A stretch of 64,000 bases of DNA from Reclinomonas americana ATCC 50394 (GCA_048213135.1 PS015009.1:1984001-2048000); one strand, 5' to 3'; positions 18,735-27,963 are shown, numbered from the stretch's first letter. Notes: a model not told the origin generated them from the sequence alone. Program-made: numbers and translations.

Positions 18735-19238
18735 TTAAGGGATGAGGCGCAGCTTTTTTGCTTTTTCTACGGCCTGGATTCGCCGGTTTACGTCCAGTTT
18801 TTCAAAAAGGCTTTGGTTATGGGTCTTAACCGTGCTTAAAGAGATGAACAATTTTCCGGCAATTTCCTGGTTGCTGTACCCTTCCGCCAGCAGGCCCAGT
18901 ATTTCCAGTTCCCGCCTGCTGAGTTCAAGTTGGGCGACAACTGCGGTATCCTGGATGAACGCTTCTTTTTTCTCTATATACACTTCTTTTTCCACCACCA
19001 CGGTTTCGGTAATGGTTTCCACAACGGTCTTAATTTTTGGTTTCGACAATTTCAGGGCCAGCCATATGCCTAAGGCGGTGAAAATGACCGCAATAAAACC
19101 GATGTAGATTTCAAAGGAATGGTCGAATATGATATAACGGAGTTCCAGCCATTTGAGCAAAAACAACAGGAATGCCAGGCTGATGCTGTAAATGATGGTT
19201 GCTTTATGCTTTTTAAGGAAGCTGCCGTGGAGTGCCAT
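18735..19238 (-). CDS. Membrane-anchored LuxR-type HTH regulator
   Basis: Two N-terminal TM helices; LSRRELEILGLLAEGYSNQEIAGKLFISLSTVKTH; no receiver domain. Confidence 0.9.
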   Translation of the reverse strand: MALHGSFLKKHKATIIYSISLAFLLFLLKWLELRYIIFDHSFEIYIGFIAVIFTALGIWLALKLSKPKIKTVVETITETVVVEKEVYIEKKEAFIQDTAVVAQLELSRRELEILGLLAEGYSNQEIAGKLFISLSTVKTHNQSLFEKLDVNRRIQAVEKAKKLRLIP

Positions 19239-19363
19239 GAGGACTAAATTACGAATTAGTAATTACGAATTACGAATGGTGCGGTTGGTTGGAGTTTATT
19301 GGCAATGCCAACAGATATTATTTTAAAAAAGGATGATTCGGTGGTTATTGATGAATAGCAAGA

Positions 19364-19774
19364 TCAGTGAGTTTCTTTCAGTTGCAGGTTACCGTTGGAG
19401 TGGCTGAGGAGGTATACGGCGTAAAAATTAACGGCACGGCCATTTTGCCGGGCGGGTTTCCAGGCGGGCATATGATCGATGGCGGCTTTCAGCTCTTTTG
19501 AAGAAAGGAAAGATCCGCTGTCGGGGATATAGGAGCAACAGGCTTTGCCAGCGGAATCGATGATGATGTTGAACTGAACGGTGCCGGTGAAGGTTGCCAG
19601 TTGTTTATGCAGGACACTGTCGAGGTAACGGGTTAATGAACCTTTGAAAACAGGAGGTTCGGCGGCTTTTGAAAATACCCGGTCCATCAAAGGATAGCAG
19701 TTAAAACGCTGTGCCCAAACCCCGGTAAAGGAAACAATCATGATAAAGGCAGCAAAGTAACCGAGCCGGTTCAT
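19364..19774 (-). CDS. TonB C-terminal domain-like exported protein
   Basis: GTVQFNIIIDSAGK...MPAWKPARQNGRAV. Confidence 0.65.
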   Translation of the reverse strand: MNRLGYFAAFIMIVSFTGVWAQRFNCYPLMDRVFSKAAEPPVFKGSLTRYLDSVLHKQLATFTGTVQFNIIIDSAGKACCSYIPDSGSFLSSKELKAAIDHMPAWKPARQNGRAVNFYAVYLLSHSNGNLQLKETH

Positions 19775-20243
19775 AGGGTTTGAAAGTACCTGTTTTTTCA
19801 TCCCGAAGGGAATCGGCATTCGCATATTCACAGATATTTAGCGTTGTTGCGAAGGAATGGGGCAGGCTCTTTATGAGTTCCGGCGCCGGCATACGCGATG
19901 TACCCCAAATGACCAACCCGGGGATATATGAGAGCTCGGCAGCGGGGCTCATCTTCCGGAAGAGCAACCTTGCCGTATTATCTAAAAACGACCTGCAACG
20001 AAGTGAATATCGGCACGATAGTGAAAAGCATGTATACCATGTAGTATTATTATGAGGACCAGTTCAAAATAACACAGAAAGTGTTCCCTATAAATATTGA
20101 AGCGAAGGGGGTGAAGTGATTTATTAATTATGAATGATGAATTATAAATGGGGCATCTCCCATCCGCACATTCTCTCATTCGCACATCTGCATATTCAAA
20201 CATTCTCTAACCCGCACATCCCCTCATTCCTTATCTTTGCGCC

Positions 20244-21266
20244 ATGGAACAGTTGTTAGCACAGATAGCCACGCACAAATCGGAAATAGAAGCCTGGAAT
20301 GGCGGCGACGCGGAAACATTTCGCATTAAATACCTGGGAACCAAAGGATTGGTAAAACAGGTGATGGGAGAAATGAAAAATGTGGAAGCGGCCCAAAAGA
20401 AAGAAGCCGGTCAGCTGCTGAATGAATTCAAGATGATGGTGGAGGCGAAATACGAAGCCATTAAAGCGGCGGGCGGAACTTCGGAAACTGCCCAATCTGC
20501 GGCTTTCGACAATAGCCTGCCGGGCGATATACTGCCGCTGGGCAGCCGTCACCCGATAAGCCTGGTACGCAACAAGATCGTTTCTATCTTTCAACGACTG
20601 GGTTTTGCCGTAGCGGAAGGCCCCGAAATTGAGGACGACTGGCACAACTTTACCGCGCTTAACCTGCCGGAGAACCACCCGGCCAGGGATATGCAGGATA
20701 CCTTTTACATTTCGCAGAACCCCGACTGGCTGCTGCGTACCCACACATCGAGTGTGCAGGTGCGGGAGATGGAAAAAGGCAAACTGCCGATACGCATCAT
20801 CTGCCCCGGTCGTGTTTACCGAAACGAGACCATCAGTGCCCGTGCACATTGCTTCTTTCACCAGGTGGAAGGGCTTTATATTGCTGAGAACGTTTCTTTT
20901 GCCGACCTGAAACAAACACTTTATTTCTTTGTACAGGAAATGTTTGGGCAAACGGTGAAGATCCGTTTCCGCCCGAGCTACTTCCCGTTCACCGAACCCA
21001 GCGCGGAGATGGACATCAGTTGCCTCATCTGCGGTGGCGAAGGCTGTAATGTTTGTAAAAAAACAGGGTGGGTGGAAATACTTGGTTGCGGCATGGTGCA
21101 CCCGCAGGTGCTTGACAACTGCGGCATCGACAGCAACAAATACACCGGCTTCGCATTCGGTATGGGCATTGAAAGGATAACGATGCTTAAATACCAGATC
21201 AAAGACCTGCGCCTGTTCAGTGAAAATGATGTACGCTTCCTGAAGCAGTTCACCAGCGCGGTGTAA
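20244..21266 (+). CDS. pheS: Phenylalanine-tRNA ligase alpha subunit
   Basis: HPARDMQDTFY, LRTHTS, FHQVEG, RPSYFPFTEPS and GFAFGMGIER motifs. Confidence 0.98.
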   Translation: MEQLLAQIATHKSEIEAWNGGDAETFRIKYLGTKGLVKQVMGEMKNVEAAQKKEAGQLLNEFKMMVEAKYEAIKAAGGTSETAQSAAFDNSLPGDILPLGSRHPISLVRNKIVSIFQRLGFAVAEGPEIEDDWHNFTALNLPENHPARDMQDTFYISQNPDWLLRTHTSSVQVREMEKGKLPIRIICPGRVYRNETISARAHCFFHQVEGLYIAENVSFADLKQTLYFFVQEMFGQTVKIRFRPSYFPFTEPSAEMDISCLICGGEGCNVCKKTGWVEILGCGMVHPQVLDNCGIDSNKYTGFAFGMGIERITMLKYQIKDLRLFSENDVRFLKQFTSAV

Positions 21267-21299
21267 CTTTTTCGAATAGTTAATAAAAAAATATTTTAC

Positions 21300-21327
21300 A
21301 AGCTGTTACATGGGTAACAGCTTTTTT
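21300..21327 (+). terminator. Intrinsic terminator
   Basis: AAGCTGTTAC-atgg-GTAACAGCTT followed by TTTT. Confidence 0.85.
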
Positions 21328-21441
21328 GTGGCAAAATCTCCTCACATTTCCTCATTAACCTGCAATTGATCATTAATATGTTCCGCACACATTAATAATC
21401 ATTCCTCATCTTCCGTAGTACGTCTGTTCATTTAAACCTGA

Positions 21442-21458
21442 TTGGCACCATAATTGAA
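21442..21458 (+). promoter_or_regulatory. Candidate sigma-54 (-24/-12) promoter
   Basis: TTGGCAC-CATAA-TTGA resembles TGGCAC-N5-TTGC with one mismatch; an imperfect inverted repeat lies upstream at 21368-21400. Confidence 0.5.
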
Positions 21459-21494
21459 AATTACCTTTTGATGATCCATCAAAAAAATCACTGT

Positions 21495-21977
21495 ATGAAA
21501 AGACTATCAACTATTGTCATCATTTTTTTAACTGTTGTATTGTTGGGTTCCTGTTCTTCTTCCAAAGAAGCACGTACCATGCGGGGCGATATAAAAGGAG
21601 ACTGGGTGCTGCAAACGATCACCACACAGGGTATTGTAGGTGTAACAAAAACCACGGTATTCAACGAAGCTGAATTTGGCTGCTTCATTGGCAGCGGGTG
21701 GAATTTTATTGGAAATAACAGCATGGGCTCCTACAGCATTGTAGATCCCAAATGCGCCGCGGCGAAAAGAAATTTCCGCTGGTCGGTTTTTGAAACAGAC
21801 GGCGCACCCAAAATGCTGCAGTTCAAAAGACTTGACGACAAAAAGAAAGCCATGGACAATGGCGACGGTTTCCGGCTCACTATTGTGCAGCTGGACGACA
21901 CGCAGATGAAGCTGCGTTCAGACATTACGTTTGAAGGCAAACCTGCTTCGCTGACGTATAATTTTATCAGGCATTAA
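21495..21977 (+). CDS. Lipocalin-like lipoprotein
   Basis: Lipobox LLGSC; IKGDWVL lipocalin-like motif. Confidence 0.75.
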   Translation: MKRLSTIVIIFLTVVLLGSCSSSKEARTMRGDIKGDWVLQTITTQGIVGVTKTTVFNEAEFGCFIGSGWNFIGNNSMGSYSIVDPKCAAAKRNFRWSVFETDGAPKMLQFKRLDDKKKAMDNGDGFRLTIVQLDDTQMKLRSDITFEGKPASLTYNFIRH

Positions 21978-21995
21978 CCAAAAACCGGAATAAGT

Positions 21996-22718
21996 ATGAA
22001 ATCAATATGGATAAAAACAACAGGCGCTGCCATGGCTTTCGCGGTACTGGTATCAGGCTGTGAAACGGCGAAGAAAGCGAACAATACGCAAAAAGGCGCC
22101 GCCATCGGTACCGCCAGCGGCGCGGTGATTGGTGGTATCATAGGTAATAATGTGGGCAACAAAAAGAATACAGTTCTTGGCGCGGTAATAGGCGGTGTGA
22201 TAGGCGGTGTGGCCGGTGGCATCATCGGTAACAAAATGGACCGGCAGGCCGAAAAGATCAAGAACGAAATACCCGGTGCCGAAGTACAACGGATTGGAGA
22301 AGGTATAGTGGTTACGTTTAATGATAAAAATCCAGATGGTTCCAAAATGGGGGTATACTTCGATTTCGATAAATCGGACATTACCCCCAATTCTAAAATT
22401 GCGCTCGCCAAACTGGTAGAGATATTCAAAGAATATCCTGAAACGAATTTGCTGATAGAAGGACATACCGATGATAAGGGAACAGACAGCTATAACCTGG
22501 CCCTGTCAGAGAAAAGAGCCGAAGCGGTAGGCGCTTACCTGAGGGGGGCGGGCATCAGCGGATCGAGGATGGACATTAAATGGTATGGTGAATCGCAACC
22601 CAAAGTAGATAACAGCAGCGATGCCAACCGGGCAGAGAACAGGCGGGTGGAATTCGGCATCACTGCTAATGATAAAATGAAGGCCGAGGCCAAACAACAG
22701 GCCGGCCAGGGAAGATAG
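21996..22718 (+). CDS. OmpA-family lipoprotein with a glycine zipper
   Basis: Lipobox VSGC, GxxxG repeats, IEGHTD, NLALSEKRA and NRRVE motifs. Confidence 0.93.
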   Translation: MKSIWIKTTGAAMAFAVLVSGCETAKKANNTQKGAAIGTASGAVIGGIIGNNVGNKKNTVLGAVIGGVIGGVAGGIIGNKMDRQAEKIKNEIPGAEVQRIGEGIVVTFNDKNPDGSKMGVYFDFDKSDITPNSKIALAKLVEIFKEYPETNLLIEGHTDDKGTDSYNLALSEKRAEAVGAYLRGAGISGSRMDIKWYGESQPKVDNSSDANRAENRRVEFGITANDKMKAEAKQQAGQGR

Positions 22719-22836
22719 TGAGAAGGATAATGATGCGAATGATGTTCGTACAGAAGCTGTTGTGCAGGTGGTTTTTTCGAACCCGGTTTAATAGGGCGGA
22801 GAAAAAACTGTAACATTGCACAACAGTTTTTTTATT

Positions 22837-23685
22837 ATGTACCACATCAGCAGCATTGGCGTAATCGGCGCCGGCACCATGGGCAGCGGCATCGCACAGG
22901 TAGGCGCACAAAGCGGTTTCCCGGTTATATTATTCGACATTAGTACGGAAGTGCTGGATAAAGCCCGCCTGTCGATGGACAAAAGTCTGCAATCGCAGGT
23001 AGATAAAGGCAGGATGGCGGCGGAAGAGAAAGACACCATCTTGCAGCGGGTGCGTTTTGTTTCCGATATTAAAGACTGCGTGGCTGATCTTATTATAGAA
23101 GCCATCGTGGAAAAGGCGGAGGCTAAGATGTCCGTGTTTAATCAACTGGCAGAACACAATCCATCAACCAGTATTTTTGCCACCAACACTTCTTCTCTTT
23201 CCGTATCAACCATACAATCTGGTATTGTCAATCCCGAACGCGTAGTGGGTATGCATTTCTTTAACCCGGCCCCCATCATGAAACTGGTGGAAGTGGTAAA
23301 GGGCAGCCAGACCAGTAGCGAAGCAGCGCAGGCTATTTATGATATTGGTGTTCGTATGAAAAAGACGCCGGTGATGTGCCAGGATGCGCCGGGTTTTATA
23401 GTGAACCGCGTTGCACGACCCTATTACCTGGAAGCTATGCGGCTCGTAGAACTGGGCCTTGCCACATTTGAGAACATTGACGAAGTAATGGAAGCCAGCG
23501 GTTTTAAAATGGGGCCTTTCCGCCTGATGGACCTGATTGGTATGGATGTGAACCTGGCGGTGTCGCGTTCCGTATACGAAGCATTCGGAAAAGAAGAACG
23601 GTTCAAACCCTCTCCCGTGCAGGAAGAGAAAGTGCGCAACGGCGAGTTGGGTAAAAAAACAGGAAAGGGGTTCTACAGCTACTGA
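22837..23685 (+). CDS. 3-hydroxyacyl-CoA dehydrogenase
   Basis: GVIGAGTMGSGIA, ATNTSSL, GMHFFNPAP and PGFIVNR motifs. Confidence 0.93.
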   Translation: MYHISSIGVIGAGTMGSGIAQVGAQSGFPVILFDISTEVLDKARLSMDKSLQSQVDKGRMAAEEKDTILQRVRFVSDIKDCVADLIIEAIVEKAEAKMSVFNQLAEHNPSTSIFATNTSSLSVSTIQSGIVNPERVVGMHFFNPAPIMKLVEVVKGSQTSSEAAQAIYDIGVRMKKTPVMCQDAPGFIVNRVARPYYLEAMRLVELGLATFENIDEVMEASGFKMGPFRLMDLIGMDVNLAVSRSVYEAFGKEERFKPSPVQEEKVRNGELGKKTGKGFYSY

Positions 23686-23759
23686 TCTGTATCCGGCATC
23701 CCGTATCTTGTATTATCATCCCTCATCTCGTCTTATATTTGCTCCTCTAATAACTACAC

Positions 23760-24737
23760 ATGATCCTCGTCACCGGCAGCGCAGGTTTACTGGGAAAAGA
23801 ACTCATCACGCAACTGCTTGCGCAGGGGAAGCGGGTAAGGGCTTTGTATAACAAAACACCGCTCACCGGTTTTGATCACGATGCGCTGGAACAATTTCAA
23901 TGTGATATACTCGATGTGACCGGTTTGGAAATAGCGATGACAGGTATAGAAGAGGTATACCATTGTGCGGCGATTGTAACCTTCAATCCAAAAAGAAAAA
24001 GGGAGCTGTTCAAGATCAACGTGGAAGGCACCGCCAACATAGTAAACGCGGCACTGGATGCAGGCGTGAGAAAAATGGTGCACGTGAGTTCCGTAGCGGC
24101 GCTCGGTCGCATCCGTGAAGACGGCCCTATAAACGAAACCATGAACTGGAGCGAAGAGACCAGCAACAGCAGTTACGGACAAAGCAAGTTCCTGGCCGAA
24201 CTGGAAGTATGGCGTGGCATAGGCGAGGGGCTCGACGCGGTGATGGTCAACCCCGTAGTAATATTAGGCCCCGGCGACTGGAATGGCGGCTCCTCCAAAA
24301 TATTCAAAAGTGTGTACGACGAATTTCCCTGGTATACCGAAGGCGTTACCGGGTTTGTAGATGTAAGGGATGTGGCCAGGGCCATGACAGACCTGATGGA
24401 AAGTGACATCTCAGCGCAACGTTTTATCCTTAGTGCCGAGAACAGGACCTACCGCGACCTGTTTGGACTTATCGCCAGGTCATTCGGAAAAAAAGTACCG
24501 CATAAAAAAGTAACGCCGTTGCTGGCCCGCATCGTCTGGAGATGGGAAGCGCTCAAGAGCCGTTTTACTGGCAAAGAACCGCTGGTAACAAAAGAAACCA
24601 CGGCCACGGCTATGGCTAAAGTATACTTTGACAACAGTAAGCTCAAACAATACCTGCCGCAGTTCAGCTATACAGCACTGGAAGACACGGTGATGCATAC
24701 CTGCTCGGTATTTCAACATAACCTTAACAGGGATTGA
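23760..24737 (+). CDS. NAD-dependent epimerase/dehydratase
   Basis: LVTGSAGLLG and YGQSK extended-SDR motifs. Confidence 0.9.
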   Translation: MILVTGSAGLLGKELITQLLAQGKRVRALYNKTPLTGFDHDALEQFQCDILDVTGLEIAMTGIEEVYHCAAIVTFNPKRKRELFKINVEGTANIVNAALDAGVRKMVHVSSVAALGRIREDGPINETMNWSEETSNSSYGQSKFLAELEVWRGIGEGLDAVMVNPVVILGPGDWNGGSSKIFKSVYDEFPWYTEGVTGFVDVRDVARAMTDLMESDISAQRFILSAENRTYRDLFGLIARSFGKKVPHKKVTPLLARIVWRWEALKSRFTGKEPLVTKETTATAMAKVYFDNSKLKQYLPQFSYTALEDTVMHTCSVFQHNLNRD

Positions 24738-24790
24738 TCTAATTTTGCCAATTGATTTAACAATCAGGCCGATAAACAAGACAGTCATCC

Positions 24791-25885
24791 ATGAAAAAAA
24801 GCCTTTTTCTTTTCTTTCTTATCGCGTTTGGCGCCACGGTTAAAGCGCAGAATGCCTACTATACCGTTTCGGGTAAAGTGCTGAATGCGGAAACCGGTCA
24901 GCCTATGCAGGCGGCCTCTGTTTTCGCGGAGAATACTACCCTGGGTACGGCTACCGATGCCGACGGTAATTTCAAATTATACCTGCCCAATGGCGGCTAC
25001 GACCTGGTGGTGACATTCACCGGGTTTACCACCACTTCCAAAAGGATCACTACCGCCGACGCGTCGGAGAACATTGTGCTTTCCATTAAACCCAAAGAAA
25101 AAGAACTGGTAGATGTGGTTGTGAAAGCGAGTTATGAAGTGAAGGACGGCTGGGAAAAATATGGAGATTTCTTTCTCGAAAATTTCCTGGGCAAAACAGC
25201 CAACGGAAAACAATGCGTGATAAAAAATAAGGAAGCGCTGAAGTTCTACTATTATAAAAGATCGAACCGGTTGAAGATACTGGCCACCGCTCCGGTAGAG
25301 ATCGACAACCCGTCGCTGGGCTATACCATTCAGTATGCGCTGGATTCTTTCACACACGAATACAACACACAGGTAAGCCTGTACAGCGGATCTCCTTTGT
25401 TCAAGGAAATGCAGACCGACGATGCCGCACTGAAAGCCACCTGGGCGAAGAACAGGCTGGAAGCCTATAACGGATCCATTCTTCATTTTATGCGCAGCCT
25501 GTACCGCAAGCAACTGAAAGAAGAAGGTTTTGAAATACAGTTCCTGGTTAAATTCAACGAAACGGAAAAAGCCGTACAGCTGAAAGACTTTTATGGTGGC
25601 ATGAATTATGAAAAGGACGACAGTACATTAACCGTTGAGGTAATGCCCAACCAGCAGGAAGTGGCTATACTGTATAAGAATGAAAAGCCTTCCGCTCTTT
25701 ACCTGGATGCCAATGCCGGCGCAGCGAAAGATTTCCAGTTGTCGGTATTGTCTTTTGTGCCGAAGGAATCCATCGTGATCGAGCAGAACGGGTATTACTA
25801 CGAACAAAGTGACATTACCATCACCAATTACTGGGCCTGGGAAAAAGTAGGGGATATGCTGCCTTACGATTTTTCCCCGCAATAA
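24791..25885 (+). CDS. Exported protein with a carboxypeptidase-regulatory-like N-terminal domain
   Basis: Signal peptide; VSGKVLNAETGQP..GTATDADGNF; C-terminal MLPYDF. Confidence 0.8.
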   Translation: MKKSLFLFFLIAFGATVKAQNAYYTVSGKVLNAETGQPMQAASVFAENTTLGTATDADGNFKLYLPNGGYDLVVTFTGFTTTSKRITTADASENIVLSIKPKEKELVDVVVKASYEVKDGWEKYGDFFLENFLGKTANGKQCVIKNKEALKFYYYKRSNRLKILATAPVEIDNPSLGYTIQYALDSFTHEYNTQVSLYSGSPLFKEMQTDDAALKATWAKNRLEAYNGSILHFMRSLYRKQLKEEGFEIQFLVKFNETEKAVQLKDFYGGMNYEKDDSTLTVEVMPNQQEVAILYKNEKPSALYLDANAGAAKDFQLSVLSFVPKESIVIEQNGYYYEQSDITITNYWAWEKVGDMLPYDFSPQ

Positions 25886-25891
25886 AATAAA

Positions 25892-25934
25892 ATGCGGAAT
25901 ACCATATCATGTTGTATGACCTGGTATTCCGCAT
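25892..25934. terminator. Hairpin between convergent genes
   Basis: ATGCGGAATACCA...TGGTATTCCGCAT. Confidence 0.7.
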
Positions 25935-25967
25935 CCCGTATCTGACATCTGGTATCCGGCATCTCTA

Positions 25968-26918
25968 CTACTCCCCTTTCCCCATCACTTTCTCCCACAA
26001 TTCGGGCAGCCTTTTCACCCACACCAGTTCTTTGGCTTTTACCCTTGCATCCTGTACAGGCGATCCCAGGTAGGCTTTGCCTCCTTCCAGGTCGCCGCCA
26101 ACACCGCTCTGCGCATAGATAACGGCATTATCGCCAATGGTGAGTGTTTTGCTTACGCCTACCTGTCCCCATAGTGTAACACCATCTTTCAGCGTAACCA
26201 CACCGGCAACACCTACCTGCGCAGCAATAAGACAATTCTTACCGGTTACCGTATCGTGACCGATGTGGATCATATTATCCATTTTGGTGCCTTTGCCAAT
26301 GATGGTATCATGACTTACACCACGATCGATGGTACATCCCGCGCCAATCTCTGCCTGGTCCTCAATGATCACCCTTCCGCAGCTGGGCATTTTGCGGTAC
26401 CACACTTCCCTGTCTTTTTTAGTATTGTAATAAAAGGCGTCGCTGCCAACAACCGAACCTGCCTGTATGATCACGTCGTCGCCGATGATGGTATGATCGA
26501 GAATGGTAACGTTGGGGTAGATCACACAGTTCTTCCCGATGCGTACATGATTACCGATAAAAGCCGAAGGATAAATGAACGTGCCTTCACCAATAACGGC
26601 CGAATCGCTCACCATTTTGGACGAAGGTTCAAAAGGACGGAAGTGTTGTACGATCTTACAATAGGCTTCAAAGGGATTGTCAACCACCAGTAAAGCCTTT
26701 CCATCGGGAACGGCTGTTTCTTTATTGATGATGATGAACGTGGCGTCGCTGTTCAGGCACTTGTCGTAATACTTAGGATGATCAACAAAAACAAGATCAC
26801 CCTTTTCCACTTTATGTATCTCGTTAATGCCGGTGGCAGAAGCGGTATTGTTGCCAACGAGCCGGGCGCCGATAAAATCAGCGATCCATTGTACGGCAAC
26901 AGGAGAAGGAAATTGCAT
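25968..26918 (-). CDS. lpxD: UDP-3-O-acylglucosamine N-acyltransferase-like (LpxD family)
   Basis: Hexapeptide repeats with EIGAGCTIDRG and KMDNMIHIGH motifs. Confidence 0.85.
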   Translation of the reverse strand: MQFPSPVAVQWIADFIGARLVGNNTASATGINEIHKVEKGDLVFVDHPKYYDKCLNSDATFIIINKETAVPDGKALLVVDNPFEAYCKIVQHFRPFEPSSKMVSDSAVIGEGTFIYPSAFIGNHVRIGKNCVIYPNVTILDHTIIGDDVIIQAGSVVGSDAFYYNTKKDREVWYRKMPSCGRVIIEDQAEIGAGCTIDRGVSHDTIIGKGTKMDNMIHIGHDTVTGKNCLIAAQVGVAGVVTLKDGVTLWGQVGVSKTLTIGDNAVIYAQSGVGGDLEGGKAYLGSPVQDARVKAKELVWVKRLPELWEKVMGKGE

Positions 26919-27296
26919 GATGGTAATTTTTTACAAAGGTATCAGTGAAAAGTCAAAATGTGAAGGTCAAATTCAGGAACAGGTATAACAATGGAAAACA
27001 CCCCGGGAAACCGGAAATGACATTTGCGGCAGTTTTTTCCAGGATTTTGCCCAATGCGGTGAATTTTTTTTTACCCCTGAATGAGGAATGTTTACGGGCT
27101 GATGAAGAATGAAAAATGTACCGGTTATTTTTTTGTTCAATAATTATTTGATCACACTTATTTTTTCTCTTCGCTGAAACACTTGTGTTGTCAATACTTT
27201 CAGAAGAATGATTTTTTTATTTTTATGATCAGTATGGATACAGTTAATGAAGAGTGTTTATTTTTTGCAGGAACATCGATATAAAAATGGCCGTCC

Positions 27297-27305
27297 TTAT
27301 CCACA
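27297..27305 (+). promoter_or_regulatory. Perfect DnaA box
   Basis: TTATCCACA inside a ~570 bp AT-rich intergenic region. Confidence 0.55.
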
Positions 27306-27420
27306 GCGAGAAAAAAAATGTTAATAAAAATTACCGAAAATATTTTTTGGTTAGGCAAAATTATTTTTAATATTGTGTAGGGAATTTATTTCCCGGTACT
27401 TACTAACCCATCCATATAAC

Positions 27421-27452
27421 AAAGCTCGGCTCACAAAGTCGGGCTTTATTAT
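27421..27452 (+). terminator. Intrinsic terminator with no upstream co-oriented CDS
   Basis: AAAGCTCGGCT-cacaa-AGTCGGGCTTT followed by ATTATT. Confidence 0.7.
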
Positions 27453-27492
27453 TACCGGCAACTCATCTTTTACCTGTTCAACTGTATGCTTT

Positions 27493-27963
27493 ATGCAGGA
27501 TATCCCGGCAATAAAAAATGATTTCATCATCAGTACTGATAAATCAAAACTCGATGTGCAAGTGATACATCAATACCTCTCCACATCATCCTACTGGGCC
27601 ATGCATATCCCAATCGAAACTTTGCAGCGCAGCATCGACAATTCTTTTTGCTTTGGTATTTATAAAACCCCGGGCAATGAAAAGGACACCTGGCAGCAGG
27701 CCGGTTTTGCAAGAGCGATTACCGACAAAGCCACATTCGGTTACCTGGCCGATGTATTTATACTGGAACAATTCCAGCACCGGGGCTTAGGACAATGGCT
27801 GATGGAAACCATACTTGCTCATCCTGAACTGCAAGGGTTCCGCAGCTGGATGCTGGCCACGCGTGACGCTCATGCCCTGTATGCCCGCTTCGGATTTACG
27901 GCACTGGAAAACCCCGCACGTTTCATGCGGCTTGGACTGCAGCAGGCTTACCCGGCGCCCTGA
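27493..27963 (+). CDS. GNAT family N-acetyltransferase
   Basis: ISTDKSKLD..SYWA..GFARAITD..YLADVFI..HRGLGQWL..AHALYARFGF. Confidence 0.92.
   Translation: MQDIPAIKNDFIISTDKSKLDVQVIHQYLSTSSYWAMHIPIETLQRSIDNSFCFGIYKTPGNEKDTWQQAGFARAITDKATFGYLADVFILEQFQHRGLGQWLMETILAHPELQGFRSWMLATRDAHALYARFGFTALENPARFMRLGLQQAYPAP

Noticed and set aside
9263..19774. Integron cassette array
   Set aside because: The genes are mostly co-oriented, but no repeated attC-like sites or integrase were found, and several have their own promoters.
19950..19970. SRP RNA (CCGGAAG..AGCA)
   Set aside because: Lacks the conserved AGG/AGCAG internal loop and the enclosing stem.
20244..21266. pheS without pheT as an anomaly
   Set aside because: Separate pheS and pheT genes are normal in Bacteroidota.
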